A stretch of 64,000 nt of DNA from Dehalococcoidia bacterium (GTDB lineage: Bacteria > Chloroflexota > Dehalococcoidia > SM23-28-2 > RBG-16-64-32). Of the stretch, positions 21,019 through 30,820 are shown piece by piece. The stretch covers positions 1,859 through 65,858 of the forward strand of contig JAUSFE010000050.1 of assembly GCA_030649945.1 (NCBI GenBank), read 5' to 3'. The stretch's first letter is position 1. Every line of letters begins with the position of its first letter. Made by a program: the position numbers and the translations under genes. The notes beneath the pieces were generated by a model. The model saw nothing but the letters and a program-made list of their open reading frames with translations, was not told where the DNA came from and searched no databases.

Positions 21019-22353
21019 CTACTCCAGCGGCCAGACGTCGCAGCGCATCAGGTCGTCGTAGTCCTCGCGGCGGCGCATCAGCTTCGCCTCGCCGTCGGCG
21101 ACGAGGACGACGGCCGGGCGCAGGGAGGCGTTGTAGTTGCCGGCCATGGCGAGGGCGTAGGCGCCGGCCGCGGGGATGGCCAGGATATCGCCCGGCGCAA
21201 GCGGCGGCAGCTCGGCGTCGCGCAGGAGGACGTCGCCGGACTCGCAGTACTTGCCGGCCACCGTCACCGTCTCCCGCCGCTCGTCCCGCACGCGGTTGGC
21301 GACGAGCGCGGCATACTGCGAGCCGTAGAGCGCCGGGCGGATGTTGTCGGCCAGGCCGCCGTCCACGGAGACGAAGCGCATGACGCCGGGCACCTCCTTG
21401 GACGAGCCGACGGTGTACAGCGCCACCCCCGCGCGGGCGACGATGGCGCGGCCGGGCTCGACGAAGAGCTTCGGCAGCGGCAGGCCGTACTCCGCGCAGG
21501 CCTTACGCAGGCCCGAAACCACGATCTCGGCGTATTCGTCCGGTTGGGGCGCCTCCTGGTCCGGCACGCAGGTGACCGCGAAGCCGCCGCCGGGGCTGAA
21601 CTCGCGCATCTCGAACCCGTAGGCCTTGCGCATGCGTGCCGCGAACTCCAGCACGACGGCCACGGCCTGCGCGAACGGCGCCAGCTCGAAGACGGGGGAG
21701 CCCAAGTGCACGTGCAGGCCGGCGAGGTCGATGCCGGGCAGGTCCAGCGCCTGGCGGACGGCGGCCTCCGCCTGGCCGGTGGGCAGCGGGATGCCGAACT
21801 TGTTCTCCAGGGTACCTGTCGTCGTGTAGGCGTGGGTGTGCGGGTCGATGCCGGGAGAAAGGCGGAGGAGCGCGGTCTGGCGGCCGCCCCGGCCCTGCGC
21901 CAGGCCGTTCAGCATCTGCATCTCGTGGAAGTTGTCTATGACCACGCGGGCGACGCCGTAGTCCAGGGCCTCGCGCAGCTCCTCTTCCGACTTGTTGTTG
22001 CCGTGGAAGTGGATGCGCTCCGGCGGGAAGGCCACGGAGCGGGCGATGGCCAGCTCGCCGCCGGAGACCACGTCCAGGTCCAGCCCCTCCTGCATGACGA
22101 TGCCGGCCAGGGCGCGGCCGAGGTAGGCCTTGGCGGCATAGGCGACGGCGGTGTCCGCGTAGCGGGAACGGAAGGCGGCGAGGAAGGTTCGGCACTGGCC
22201 CCGCAGCGTCTGGTCGTCGAAAACGTAAAGGGGCGTGCCGAACTCGCGGGCGAGCCCGACGGCGTCGCAGCCGCCGAGCGTCAGGTGGCCGGCCTCGTTG
22301 ACGGCGGCGGTGACGGGGAGGACCGTGGCGAGGGGGAGCTCCTGCGTCTGCAT
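21019..22353 (-). CDS. lysA: diaminopimelate decarboxylase
   Basis: PLP-dependent fold III decarboxylase: AYAAKAY (Lys), HVGS-like HVHLGSPV, GGGF (SPGGGFAV), EPGRAIVA, CESGD. Start at MQTQELPLAT. Confidence 0.9.
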   Translation of the reverse strand: MQTQELPLATVLPVTAAVNEAGHLTLGGCDAVGLAREFGTPLYVFDDQTLRGQCRTFLAAFRSRYADTAVAYAAKAYLGRALAGIVMQEGLDLDVVSGGELAIARSVAFPPERIHFHGNNKSEEELREALDYGVARVVIDNFHEMQMLNGLAQGRGGRQTALLRLSPGIDPHTHAYTTTGTLENKFGIPLPTGQAEAAVRQALDLPGIDLAGLHVHLGSPVFELAPFAQAVAVVLEFAARMRKAYGFEMREFSPGGGFAVTCVPDQEAPQPDEYAEIVVSGLRKACAEYGLPLPKLFVEPGRAIVARAGVALYTVGSSKEVPGVMRFVSVDGGLADNIRPALYGSQYAALVANRVRDERRETVTVAGKYCESGDVLLRDAELPPLAPGDILAIPAAGAYALAMAGNYNASLRPAVVLVADGEAKLMRRREDYDDLMRCDVWPLE

Positions 22354-22584
22354 GGTGAGGCGATTATACAAGCGAGAGCGGGGCGCAGGCGACAACATTC
22401 GGGGTGTCTTCCTCCGCTCGCCCTACGAGTGCCTCAGGGCGAGCGGGACGGGGCTCAGTGCGAGGCCAGAACGGGTGTGCCTCGCCCCCCCCGCACCTAC
22501 GCCACCGCAGGGGGCTCCTTCCCGCTCATGGTGAGGCGCTCACACCATGAGCGGAGGTGGCCCAGAGCGCAGCATGCTGCGCCC

Positions 22585-23490
22585 CTACGACGGCACCCAT
22601 TCATCGCCGGTGCGGGCGATGCGGCCCTCCGTCTCCAGCTTCGCGAGGTGGGCTTCGATCTGGCGCCGGGCCATGGGGAGGATGCGCCTGTCCAGCTCCG
22701 GGTAGATGGCGGAAAGCAGCGCCTGCGGGGTGCGCTTGCCGTCCGCGAGCAGGTGCAGTATCTGAGCCTCGCGCTCGTGCCGGTGGTCGATCAACTCCTG
22801 CAGCTTGGCCGGGACGTCATGCACCGCCTGACCATGGCCGGGGAGCATGAGTGCGCAGTCGTAGGACTTCAGCCGTTCGAGCGACTGCAGGTAGAGCGCC
22901 ATGTCGCCGTGGGGCGGGGGGGAGATGGCGACGGTGCCCAGGCCCAGGGCGGTATCGCCGGTGAAGAGGGCGCGCTCCTGCGGGATGTAGATGCAGACGG
23001 AGCCCAGGGTGTGGCCGGGCGTGTGCACCACCTCCAGGGTCAGCGCGCCCACCTGAAAGGTGTCGCCGTCGTTGACCAGGACCTCTGGCGCCGCCTCCGC
23101 GGCCTGCTGACGGAAGCGCTGGATCTGCTCGGCGATCGCCTTCTGATCGCCCGGCACCTCGATGTCCTGGGGAATATCGCTCTGCCAGTCGCGCAGGAAC
23201 TTCTCCTCCGCCGGGTGCAGGGTCACCTGCGCGCCGGTGGCCTCGCGGATCTGCTTGGCCCCGCTGGCGTGGTCGAAGTGGTGGTGCGTGAGGATGATGT
23301 AGCGGACACGAACGTCCGGATGCCCCTTCAGGAAGTCGAGCCGCTCGCGGACGGACTTCTCGTCGCCGAAGCCGCTGTCGATGAGCGCGCCCTCGCCGCC
23401 GTCGCGCACCAGGAAGACGTTGGGGGACTGCGGGCCGGTGTAGAAGGCCGGCTGCGCGGGGAGGGAGTGGATGCGGGGCGTTATCTCCAT
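22585..23490 (-). CDS. MBL-fold metallo-hydrolase with C-terminal winged-helix-like extension
   Basis: THHHFDH motif (ILTHHHFDHASG), HTPGHT; 301 aa. Confidence 0.8.
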   Translation of the reverse strand: MEITPRIHSLPAQPAFYTGPQSPNVFLVRDGGEGALIDSGFGDEKSVRERLDFLKGHPDVRVRYIILTHHHFDHASGAKQIREATGAQVTLHPAEEKFLRDWQSDIPQDIEVPGDQKAIAEQIQRFRQQAAEAAPEVLVNDGDTFQVGALTLEVVHTPGHTLGSVCIYIPQERALFTGDTALGLGTVAISPPPHGDMALYLQSLERLKSYDCALMLPGHGQAVHDVPAKLQELIDHRHEREAQILHLLADGKRTPQALLSAIYPELDRRILPMARRQIEAHLAKLETEGRIARTGDEWVPS

Positions 23491-23543
23491 TGGATCCTCA
23501 CATCGTTACGGGTGTGGCCCGTAGGGGCGAACGCCGTTCGCCC

Positions 23544-24095
23544 CTACGGGCACGCGTCCTCCGCCAGCGCGCCCATTATCACCATGTTCAGGGGCTTGCC
23601 GTGGCGCAGGCGGTGGCCGCGCAGCAGCCCCTCGCGCACGAAGCCGCACTTCTCGTAGCAGCGGATGGCGCGCGCGTTGTCCTCGTCCGCGATCAGATGC
23701 ACGCGGCGCAGCCCCAGCTCGCCGAAGGCGTGGCGCAGGAGCGCGCGGATGGCGTCGGCGCCGTAGCCGCGGCTCCAGCAGTCTTTCTCGCCGATGCTGA
23801 TGCCGAGTTCCGCGCGGCCGTGCGGGTGGATGTTCAGCAGCCCAATCTCTCCGATGGGCGTCCCGCCTTTCGTCTCGATGACCCAGGAGACGTGGCCCGG
23901 GTCGTCGCGGATGCGCTCCCAGCGCTCGCGGTGCGCCCGCAGGGAGCGCATGACCTGCGGCGGGTCCTCCGAGAGGTGGTGCCACTGGAGCACCTCGGGG
24001 TCGTTGAACCACTTGTGGAGGAGCGGCACGTCGTCGTCGCTGAACGGCCGCAGCCGCACCTTCTCGCCGGCGAGGGTCGCGGTGGGGATGGCCAT
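23544..24095 (-). CDS. GNAT family N-acetyltransferase (RimJ/RimL-like)
   Basis: 183 aa; acetyl-CoA-binding motif region RGYGADAIRALLRHAFGELGLRRVHL...NARAIRCYEKCGFVREG. Confidence 0.8.
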   Translation of the reverse strand: MAIPTATLAGEKVRLRPFSDDDVPLLHKWFNDPEVLQWHHLSEDPPQVMRSLRAHRERWERIRDDPGHVSWVIETKGGTPIGEIGLLNIHPHGRAELGISIGEKDCWSRGYGADAIRALLRHAFGELGLRRVHLIADEDNARAIRCYEKCGFVREGLLRGHRLRHGKPLNMVIMGALAEDACP

Positions 24096-24098
24096 GCG

Positions 24099-24668
24099 TC
24101 AGGCCGCCGCCGTCCGCCCGCGCGCCCGCCATTCCTTCTTCAGCACTGACATGAAGATGGTGTTGCCGTACTTGCCGTCCATGAGCCGGTGCTCGCGCAG
24201 CAGCCCTTCGCGCACGAAGCCGCACTTCTCGTAGCAGCGGATGGCGCGGCCGTTCCGTTCGTCCGTGGTCAGCTCGACGCGGTTGAGCTTGAGTTCGCGG
24301 AAGGCGTAGTCCACGACGAGGAGCATGGCGTCGGTGCCGTAGCCCTTGCTCCACTGCGACCTGTCGTGGATGCCGATGCCCACCTCGGCGCGGTTGGCCG
24401 CCGTGTTCAGGCGCAGCTCGACGTTACCGAGCAGCCGGCCGTCCAGAGTCTCGATCGCCCACATTACGGCGTCCGGGTCAGAGCGGCGGCGCTCGTACCA
24501 TTCGTACTCGTCGTCCAGCGTGGGCGGCGTGCCCATAGCGGCCAGCCAGCGCGTCACCTCGCGGTCGGCCAGCCAGGCCACGTACTGCGGCAGGTCACTC
24601 TCCTGCACGGGGCGCAGGCGTACCCTTTGGCCCTGGAGAATGGATTCGGAGATCACAGCGGGAGTCAT
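24099..24668 (-). CDS. GNAT family N-acetyltransferase (paralog of the preceding gene)
   Basis: KGYGTDAMLLVVDYAFRELKLNRVEL...NGRAIRCYEKCGFVREG; start taken at MTPAVISE; the ORF-track 5' extension to 24800 is rejected. Confidence 0.75.
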   Translation of the reverse strand: MTPAVISESILQGQRVRLRPVQESDLPQYVAWLADREVTRWLAAMGTPPTLDDEYEWYERRRSDPDAVMWAIETLDGRLLGNVELRLNTAANRAEVGIGIHDRSQWSKGYGTDAMLLVVDYAFRELKLNRVELTTDERNGRAIRCYEKCGFVREGLLREHRLMDGKYGNTIFMSVLKKEWRARGRTAAA

Positions 24669-24813
24669 GTTATCATGCGGGTTCAGGAGCCAGGAACAAT
24701 AGATACCGTGGATGGCGATACCGAACCCCAGCTTGAGGGCATGTCCACCCTCTTCGATGCCCCCGCCTTCAGGCGGGGGTGCAGCCGAGCAACAGGGCAC
24801 ACGGAGGACTCCT

Positions 24814-25452
24814 ATGGAGACGCATGAGTTCGGGGACCTGCGGGTGATCAGGTGCGGGCCGCTGGGGCCGTACGGGAATAACGCTTACGCCATCGCGGAC
24901 GAGCGCTCGCGCGAGGCGGTGGCTGTCGATATGCCGTCCGGCAGCGACGAGCTGGTGCGCGCGCTGCAGGGCTTCCGGGTGAAGGCGATCCTGCTGACGC
25001 ACACGCACCCGGACCACTGGGCGGAGTACGACAGCGTGAAGCAGGCGCTGGCGGCCCCCGTGCTCTGCCATCCGGACGAGCGCATTATGCCACGGGAGAA
25101 GAGCGACGGCCCGCTGGCGGACGGCCAGGAGATAGCGGCGGGGCCGTACGTTATCCGCTGCCTGCACACGCCGGGACATACGCCGGGCAGCACCTGCCTG
25201 CTGGTGGAGCGCTTTCTCCTCTCAGGCGACGTGCTGTTCCCGGGCGGGCCGGGGCGCACCCAGACGGCGGACGATCTGCGGCAGTCGATCGCCTCCATCA
25301 CCGGCAAGCTGTACACGCTGCCGGACGAGACGCTGATGCTACCGGGGCACGGAGGCGGCACGACGATCGGCGAGTCCAGGCGGGAGTACGCGGGGTTCGC
25401 CTCGCGTCCGCACGCGGCGGACCTGTGCGGCGACGTGTCCTGGGAGATGTAG
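24814..25452 (+). CDS. MBL-fold hydrolase (hydroxyacylglutathione hydrolase / glyoxalase II-like)
   Basis: Start METHEFGDL with RBS ACGGAGG. Motifs LLTHTHPDH and HTPGHTPGS. Confidence 0.8.
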   Translation: METHEFGDLRVIRCGPLGPYGNNAYAIADERSREAVAVDMPSGSDELVRALQGFRVKAILLTHTHPDHWAEYDSVKQALAAPVLCHPDERIMPREKSDGPLADGQEIAAGPYVIRCLHTPGHTPGSTCLLVERFLLSGDVLFPGGPGRTQTADDLRQSIASITGKLYTLPDETLMLPGHGGGTTIGESRREYAGFASRPHAADLCGDVSWEM

Positions 25453-25649
25453 ACGCCGTCACGCCCTGGCAGGGTGCGGAAGGCCGTGCGACGGGTGGCG
25501 CTGGGGGCGCGGCACCCACCGCCCTGCCCCCGTCCCCGAGCGGCGCCCCTACCGTGCGTAGTTCCGGACGCTGGAACCTGCACCCAACGTGAATCCAGCG
25601 CCAACCGTTCCTAAACCCCGCGGCGACGGCGCCATCGTAGACTGGGCGC

Positions 25650-25880
25650 ATGCGAAACGAAACGATACGAAACCGCCACACGGAACTGGCTCTGGCGCTG
25701 GCCAGCGCCGACCAGCGGTTGCTGGACACGCTGACGCAGCGCCCGCATCTGCTCAACCCCTATCCCAACATCATCACGCGGCTCTCCCGGCGGAGCCGGC
25801 GCTTCCGCCAGCGGTTCGCCGGAGACCGCGAGCTGCGGCGGCAGTTGCTGGGCAGGACGTGGCGGGTGACAGTGCCCTAG
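25650..25880 (+). CDS. possible small hypothetical protein (76 aa), weakly supported
   Basis: ORF in a lower-GC patch of an otherwise repeat-filled intergenic region (family R8 copy at 25490-25560). No recognisable motif. Confidence 0.2.
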   Translation: MRNETIRNRHTELALALASADQRLLDTLTQRPHLLNPYPNIITRLSRRSRRFRQRFAGDRELRRQLLGRTWRVTVP

Positions 25881-26013
25881 CCGCGTTGACCGTGCCCCCG
25901 GCGTAACCTACACTGCAACTCAGGCCAGACGACAGGAAAAGGCCCCGACCTGCCTACCGGCAGGCAGGCAACTCGGGGCCTTGCCTCTTTCAGAGCACAC
26001 TGGCCTGGCCCCA

Positions 26014-27309
26014 ATGACGCAGACTGCAAGCAGCAACGCCCAGGACACCTACCGGCGGACGGTCCTGCCCAACGGCCTCCGCATCCTGACCGCGCCCATG
26101 CCCCATACCCACTCCGTGGCCCTGACGCTGTACGTGGGCACCGGCTCCCGCTACGAGCGGGACGAGGAGGCGGGGGTCTCGCACATCCTTGAGCACATGC
26201 TGTTCAAGGGCACGGAGAAGCGCCCGACGGCGAAAGAGATAGCGGAGGCGGTGGACGGCGTGGGCGGGGTGATCAACGGCGCGACCGACCGCGAGTACAC
26301 GGTGTACTACCTGAAGGTGGCTCGGCCGCACCTGGACCTGGCGCTGGACCTGCTGGTGGAGTTCGTGCGGCGGCCGCTGATTGACGCGCGGGAGATGGAG
26401 AAGGAGCGGCAGGTGGTGCTGGAGGAGCTGGCGATGGTGGCCGACTCGCCGCCGCAGATCGCGGACCTGCTCCTGGACTCCATCCTCTGGCCGGACAACC
26501 CCCTGGGCCGCGACATCGCCGGGACGCCGGAGACGGTGGGCGCCATCAGCCGCGAGGCGGTGCTGGATTACCTGCACGGGCAGTACGTGCCGAACAACAT
26601 CGTGCTGGCGGTGGCCGGGAACATCACGGACGAAGAGATCGTGGAGGCGCTGCGCGCGGCGCTGGGCGACTGGCAGCCGGGCACGCCGTCGTCCTGGGTG
26701 CCTGCGCCCAGCCAAAACGGTGTGCGCTGCGCCGTGCGCTACAAGGCCACGGAGCAGGCCCACATCAGCCTGGCGCTGCCGGGGCTGCCGCTGAACCACC
26801 CGGACCGCCACGCCATCTCGTTCCTCTCGGTGATCCTGGGCGAGGGGATGTCCTCGCGCCTGTTCCTGGAGCTGCGGGAGAAGCGCGGCCTGGTCTACGA
26901 CGTGCACACGTACGTCTCGCAGTTCCTGGACGTGGGCACGTTCAACATCTACACGGGCGTGGACCCGAAGAACGCCGTGGAGGCGCTGGGGGTGGTGCTG
27001 GCGGAGCTGGCGCAGTTGCGCGCGCAGGGCCCGGACAGCGGGGAGCTGACCAAGGCGCGCGAGCTGTCCAAGGGGCGGCTGCTGCTGCGCATGGAGGACA
27101 CGCGGGCGGTGAGCGGCTGGATCGGCGGGCAGGAGCTGTTGCTGGGGAAGGTGCGCGGCGTGGAGGAGGCGGTGGCGGAGATGGACGCGGTGACGCTGGA
27201 GGACCTGCAGCGCGTCTCTCGCGAGCTGCTGGACCCGCGCCAGACCTATCTGGCGGTCGTCGGGCCGTACCGGTCGGACAAGCGGTTCGCGTCGCTCTTG
27301 CCGGCGTAG
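26014..27309 (+). CDS. M16 family zinc peptidase (insulinase/pitrilysin-like)
   Basis: Inverted zinc motif HILEHMLFKG (HxxEH) and downstream E (REYTVYY... region). Start at MTQTASSNAQD. Confidence 0.85.
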   Translation: MTQTASSNAQDTYRRTVLPNGLRILTAPMPHTHSVALTLYVGTGSRYERDEEAGVSHILEHMLFKGTEKRPTAKEIAEAVDGVGGVINGATDREYTVYYLKVARPHLDLALDLLVEFVRRPLIDAREMEKERQVVLEELAMVADSPPQIADLLLDSILWPDNPLGRDIAGTPETVGAISREAVLDYLHGQYVPNNIVLAVAGNITDEEIVEALRAALGDWQPGTPSSWVPAPSQNGVRCAVRYKATEQAHISLALPGLPLNHPDRHAISFLSVILGEGMSSRLFLELREKRGLVYDVHTYVSQFLDVGTFNIYTGVDPKNAVEALGVVLAELAQLRAQGPDSGELTKARELSKGRLLLRMEDTRAVSGWIGGQELLLGKVRGVEEAVAEMDAVTLEDLQRVSRELLDPRQTYLAVVGPYRSDKRFASLLPA

Positions 27310-27358
27310 GCGCGAAGGGCAGTTGACGTGTTTCTGTATTTACGGCTATGCTTGGCTC

Positions 27359-27583
27359 ATGGCTACTAACAAAGCCCGGTTGACCATCGACCTTGAGCCG
27401 CAGCTCCATTCCAGGCTAAAGGTTGTGGCGGCGAAGAAGCGTACAAGCATGCGGGAGTACACAGTCGAGGCGATCGAGCGCCGGCTTGCGGAGGAGCCCG
27501 CCGAGTATCTCACGGCCGAGGCTGAGCCCGTCCTTGCGGAGCTATGGGACAACGATGATGACGCCGTCTACGACGATCTTTAG
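27359..27583 (+). CDS. ribbon-helix-helix (CopG/ParD-like) antitoxin
   Basis: MATNKARLTIDLEPQLHSRLKVVAAKKRTSMREYTVEAIERRL is the RHH pattern. Immediately precedes and overlaps the MazF-like gene. Confidence 0.6.
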   Translation: MATNKARLTIDLEPQLHSRLKVVAAKKRTSMREYTVEAIERRLAEEPAEYLTAEAEPVLAELWDNDDDAVYDDL

Positions 27584-27926
27584 CCGCGGCGATATCGTCC
27601 TCGTCCCATTCCAGTTCACCGATAAGCCCATTGCCAAGGTTCGCCCGGCCGCCGTCGTTAGCTCAACGTCATATCACTCGGCACGGCAAGAGGTGATCAT
27701 TGCGGCGATCACCAGCCGCGTCCGCGATCCGCTGCTCTTCGGCGACCACCTCATTCTCGGCTGGCGGACCGCCGGCCTGCCGAAACCGTCCGTTGTCACC
27801 GCTATCTTGCGCACGGTGAAGCAGGGGATGATCGCGCGCCGGGTGGGCAGGCTGGCGGAAGACGACCTCGCGCACGTGGACGGGCACCTCGCCGTGGCGC
27901 TGGCGCTGACGGCCGCCGCGCGATAA
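27555..27926 (+). CDS. PemK/MazF-family toxin (type II TA endoribonuclease)
   Basis: RGDIVLVPFQFTDKPIAKVRPAAVVSSTSYHSARQEVIIAAITSR is the MazF/PemK signature. The ORF-track start at 27423 is an out-of-context extension. Confidence 0.75.
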   Translation: MMTPSTTIFSRGDIVLVPFQFTDKPIAKVRPAAVVSSTSYHSARQEVIIAAITSRVRDPLLFGDHLILGWRTAGLPKPSVVTAILRTVKQGMIARRVGRLAEDDLAHVDGHLAVALALTAAAR

Positions 27927-27947
27927 CGGGCGCCGGAGCCCCCCGGC

Positions 27948-28003
27948 GGTCGTCGGGCCGTACCGGTCGGACAAGCGGTTCGCGTCGCTCTTGCCGGCGT
28001 AGA
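27948..28003. repeat. about 56-bp direct repeat duplicating the 3' end of the M16 peptidase gene (27250..27309); flanks the RHH-MazF cassette
   Basis: GGTCGTCGGGCCGTACCGGTCGGACAAGCGGTTCGCGTCGCTCTTGCCGGCGTAG occurs at 27250-27309 and again at 27948-28003. Confidence 0.8.
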
Positions 28004-28047
28004 CGTGCCGGCCTCCTGCCGTGCCCGGCTATAATAGAGGCGGCAGC

Positions 28048-28728
28048 GTGAAGACAATCCTCGTCGTAGACGATGAACCGACTCTGGCGGCCACGGTCCG
28101 CTACAACCTGGAGCAGGGCGGCTACCGGGTAATCACCGCTGCAGACGGTGAGTCCGGTCTTTCCCTGGCCCGCTCCGAACGCCCGGATACGATTGTCCTG
28201 GACCTGATGCTGCCCGGGCTGGATGGGCTGGACGTGTGCCGCATCCTGCGCCGGGAGTCCAGCGTGCCCATCCTGATGCTCACGGCCCGCGGTGAAGAGA
28301 CGGACCGTGTGGTGGGACTGGAACTGGGCGCGGACGACTACCTGACGAAGCCCTTCAGCATGCGCGAGCTGCTGGCCCGCGTGCGGGCGCTGCTGCGGCG
28401 CTCTGAGATGGCCACCCAGGTGGATGGCGAAGTAGTGACATGCGGAGATCTGGAAGTGGACGCCGCCCGCCACCAGGTACGCCGGTCCGGGGCTGAAGTC
28501 GCGCTGAAGCCCAAGGAATTCGAGCTCCTGGCGTTCTTGATGCGCAACCGCAGGCGAGTATTCACGCGGGAGCAGCTGCTGAACCAGATCTGGGGCTACG
28601 AGTTCGCCGGGGATACGCGGACAGTGGACGTGCACGTGAGCTGGTTACGCCAGAAGGTTGAGGACAACCCACAACACCCGGCGCTCATCGTTACGGTGCG
28701 CGGCATCGGCTACCGCTTCGACGGATGA
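28048..28728 (+). CDS. OmpR/PhoB-family response regulator (PhoB/PhoP-like, phosphate regulon)
   Basis: GTG start after the -10 TATAAT (28031). Receiver domain (ILVVDDEP...D...LMLPGLDG, K in LTKPF). Winged-helix output. Adjacent HK and pstSCAB-phoU. Confidence 0.85.
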   Translation: MKTILVVDDEPTLAATVRYNLEQGGYRVITAADGESGLSLARSERPDTIVLDLMLPGLDGLDVCRILRRESSVPILMLTARGEETDRVVGLELGADDYLTKPFSMRELLARVRALLRRSEMATQVDGEVVTCGDLEVDAARHQVRRSGAEVALKPKEFELLAFLMRNRRRVFTREQLLNQIWGYEFAGDTRTVDVHVSWLRQKVEDNPQHPALIVTVRGIGYRFDG

Positions 28729-30119
28729 AGTTGCCGGGCAGCCTCCGCGGCCGCAGCGCTGGCACGTACATCGCGCTCGTCGCCGTCGCCTATTCGCTCC
28801 TGGGCGTCTACCTCTCCAGCAAGGTGGAGAGCGGCAACGGTGACGCCCTTGCGCTGGCTCTCCTCGTCGCCTTCCTCGTCACCACCGCCGCCATCATCGT
28901 GGCCGGCCTGGTCCTGGGCCGGGCGGTATCGCGGCAGTTCAGCAGCCTTGCCGATGCCGCGCGCGCTATTGCGAGCGGGGAACTGGATACGCGCCTGGAC
29001 CCCGGGGTGTCCGCGGAGATGGGCGGATCAGCCAACGCCTTCAACGAGATGGCGGGCAGCTTGCAGTCGCTGATCGAGGCCGCATCGCAAGAGCGCAACC
29101 GCCTGCTGGCCTCGCTCAACAGCGCCACCGATGCAATCCTGGCCATAGGCGGAGATGGGCGCGTGGCGTTTGCGAACAGTAGCGCGGAGCTACTCTTCGA
29201 GCGTTCTCAGGCCGAACTTGTGGGCAACCCGCTGGCGTGGGTCCTGCCCAACAAGCAGGTGCTGGACGCGCTGCGGGCCAGCGCCGAAGACGGTCGCAGC
29301 GAAACTCAACTGATTGAGCGGCCGAACCGGCGTTCGTTGCAGGTCATCACCGCGCCGGTCATCGGCGGCGGCGAATGGACGGCGCTCGTCGTCTTCCACG
29401 ACATGACGGAGATGAGCCGCGTGGAGCAGGTGCGGCGGGACTTCATCGCCAACGTCTCGCATGAGCTGCGCACGCCGCTGGCTTCGGTGAAGGCGGTGAT
29501 CGAGACGCTACGCGGCGGGGCGATGAGAGACGAGCGTGTGGCCGCGGACTTCCTTTCACGAGCGGAGACGGAGGTGGACCGGCTGGTGGAGATTGTGGAG
29601 GAGCTGCTGGAGCTCTCACGCATCGAATCCGGGCTGGCGCCTATGGCCCAACAGCCGGTGGACCTGGGCGAGGTGTGCGCGCGAGCCGTGGAACGCCTGC
29701 GGGCGCAGGCGGAGAAGCAGGGCGTGAAGCTGCAGACGGAAGCCGCAACGAGGCTGCCGAACGTGACAGGCGATGCGGAGAGGCTGGAGCGGGCGGTGAT
29801 CAACCTGGTGCACAACGCTATCAAGTTCACGGCGCCCGGCGGCACGGTCACTGTGTCCACATGCCTCCTGGACGGGCGTGTTGCGGTGAGTGTGACGGAC
29901 ACGGGCGTGGGCATAGCGCCGGAGGACGTGCCGCGCATCTTTGAGCGGTTCTACAAGGCGGACCGCGCGCGCCAGGGCGGCGGCACGGGCCTGGGCCTGG
30001 CGGTGGTCAAGCACACCGCGGAAGCGCACGGCGGCACCGTGGCCCTCGAAAGCACACCGGGGGCGGGCTCCACGTTCACGCTCATCCTCCCGGCAACGGC
30101 CGCCTCTGTCCGCGGCTGA
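28725..30119 (+). CDS. sensor histidine kinase (HAMP-PAS-HisKA-HATPase; PhoR-like)
   Basis: H-box NVSHELRTPL; N-box LVHNAIKFT; G-boxes DTGVGI, GGTGLGLAVV; 2 TM + HAMP. Start overlaps the RR stop (ATGA). Confidence 0.85.
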   Translation: MKLPGSLRGRSAGTYIALVAVAYSLLGVYLSSKVESGNGDALALALLVAFLVTTAAIIVAGLVLGRAVSRQFSSLADAARAIASGELDTRLDPGVSAEMGGSANAFNEMAGSLQSLIEAASQERNRLLASLNSATDAILAIGGDGRVAFANSSAELLFERSQAELVGNPLAWVLPNKQVLDALRASAEDGRSETQLIERPNRRSLQVITAPVIGGGEWTALVVFHDMTEMSRVEQVRRDFIANVSHELRTPLASVKAVIETLRGGAMRDERVAADFLSRAETEVDRLVEIVEELLELSRIESGLAPMAQQPVDLGEVCARAVERLRAQAEKQGVKLQTEAATRLPNVTGDAERLERAVINLVHNAIKFTAPGGTVTVSTCLLDGRVAVSVTDTGVGIAPEDVPRIFERFYKADRARQGGGTGLGLAVVKHTAEAHGGTVALESTPGAGSTFTLILPATAASVRG

Positions 30120-30137
30120 CTTTCGGCGCTGCTCAAG

Positions 30138-30180
30138 TTTTACACTACGTTAACCGGCGTTAACGGGCGCTTAAAGGCGG
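30138..30180. promoter_or_regulatory. candidate PHO box: TTTACA followed by 10-11-bp-phased direct repeats of GTTAAC (CGTTAACCGG CGTTAACGGG CGCTTAAAGG)
   Basis: Nearly identical copies at 30778-30820 (upstream of the phosphatase gene) and 32103-32140 (about 45 bp upstream of pstS). Confidence 0.45.
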
Positions 30181-30268
30181 TTATCTACGATGGGGTCAGG
30201 ATGTGACCATGGTGGCAGAGAGCAGACAGCCGACCGCACCGAAGACAACGCCTCGCCCTGGGTTTCGA

Positions 30269-30697
30269 ATGGAGAAGACCAAGAGGATTGCGCTGATCGC
30301 GCACGACAACAAGAAGCCAGACCTGCTGGAGTGGGCGACGTTCAACAGACATACCCTTTCGCAACACGAGTTGTTTGCCACCGGAACGACAGGAACGATC
30401 CTCGCGACTGAACTTGGCGTCGAAATCACCAGATTTCGAAGCGGGCCGTTGGGAGGTGACCAGCAAGTCGGGGCGAAAATCACAGAAGGGGAAATTGACT
30501 TCGTAGTCTTCTTTTGGGATCCGCTCGAACCCCACCCCCATGATGTGGATGTCAAAGCCCTGCTTCGAATCGCTGTTGTTTACAACATCCCCATTGCCTG
30601 CAACCGGGCGTCAGCCGACTTCCTAATTTCCTCGCCTTTGATGTGTGCTGAATACGAGCGTTCTGTGCCTTCGGCGCTTCTCGCGCAGCCAGAATAG
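30269..30697 (+). CDS. mgsA: methylglyoxal synthase
   Basis: IALIAHDNKKPDLLEWA, LFATGTTG, GPLGGDQQVGA, DFVVFFWDPLEPHPHDVDVKALLRIAVVYNIPIACN. Start taken at MEKTKRIALIAHD. Markedly lower GC (about 52%) than the surrounding sequence. Confidence 0.8.
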   Translation: MEKTKRIALIAHDNKKPDLLEWATFNRHTLSQHELFATGTTGTILATELGVEITRFRSGPLGGDQQVGAKITEGEIDFVVFFWDPLEPHPHDVDVKALLRIAVVYNIPIACNRASADFLISSPLMCAEYERSVPSALLAQPE

Positions 30698-30777
30698 CAG
30701 GGGGCCGTCGTGGATTCCGCAGCTGGTGATACCTGTGGCCCCACTCCCGCGCTAGCATCCAACTTTCTCGCAAGACT

Positions 30778-30820
30778 TTTACATTACGTTAACCGGCGTT
30801 AACACGCGCTTAAAGCCACG
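30778..30820. promoter_or_regulatory. second copy of the candidate PHO box (TTTACATTACGTTAACCGGCGTTAACACGCGCTTAAAG)
   Basis: Direct repeat of the 30138-30180 motif, upstream of a long leader and the histidine phosphatase gene. Confidence 0.45.
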
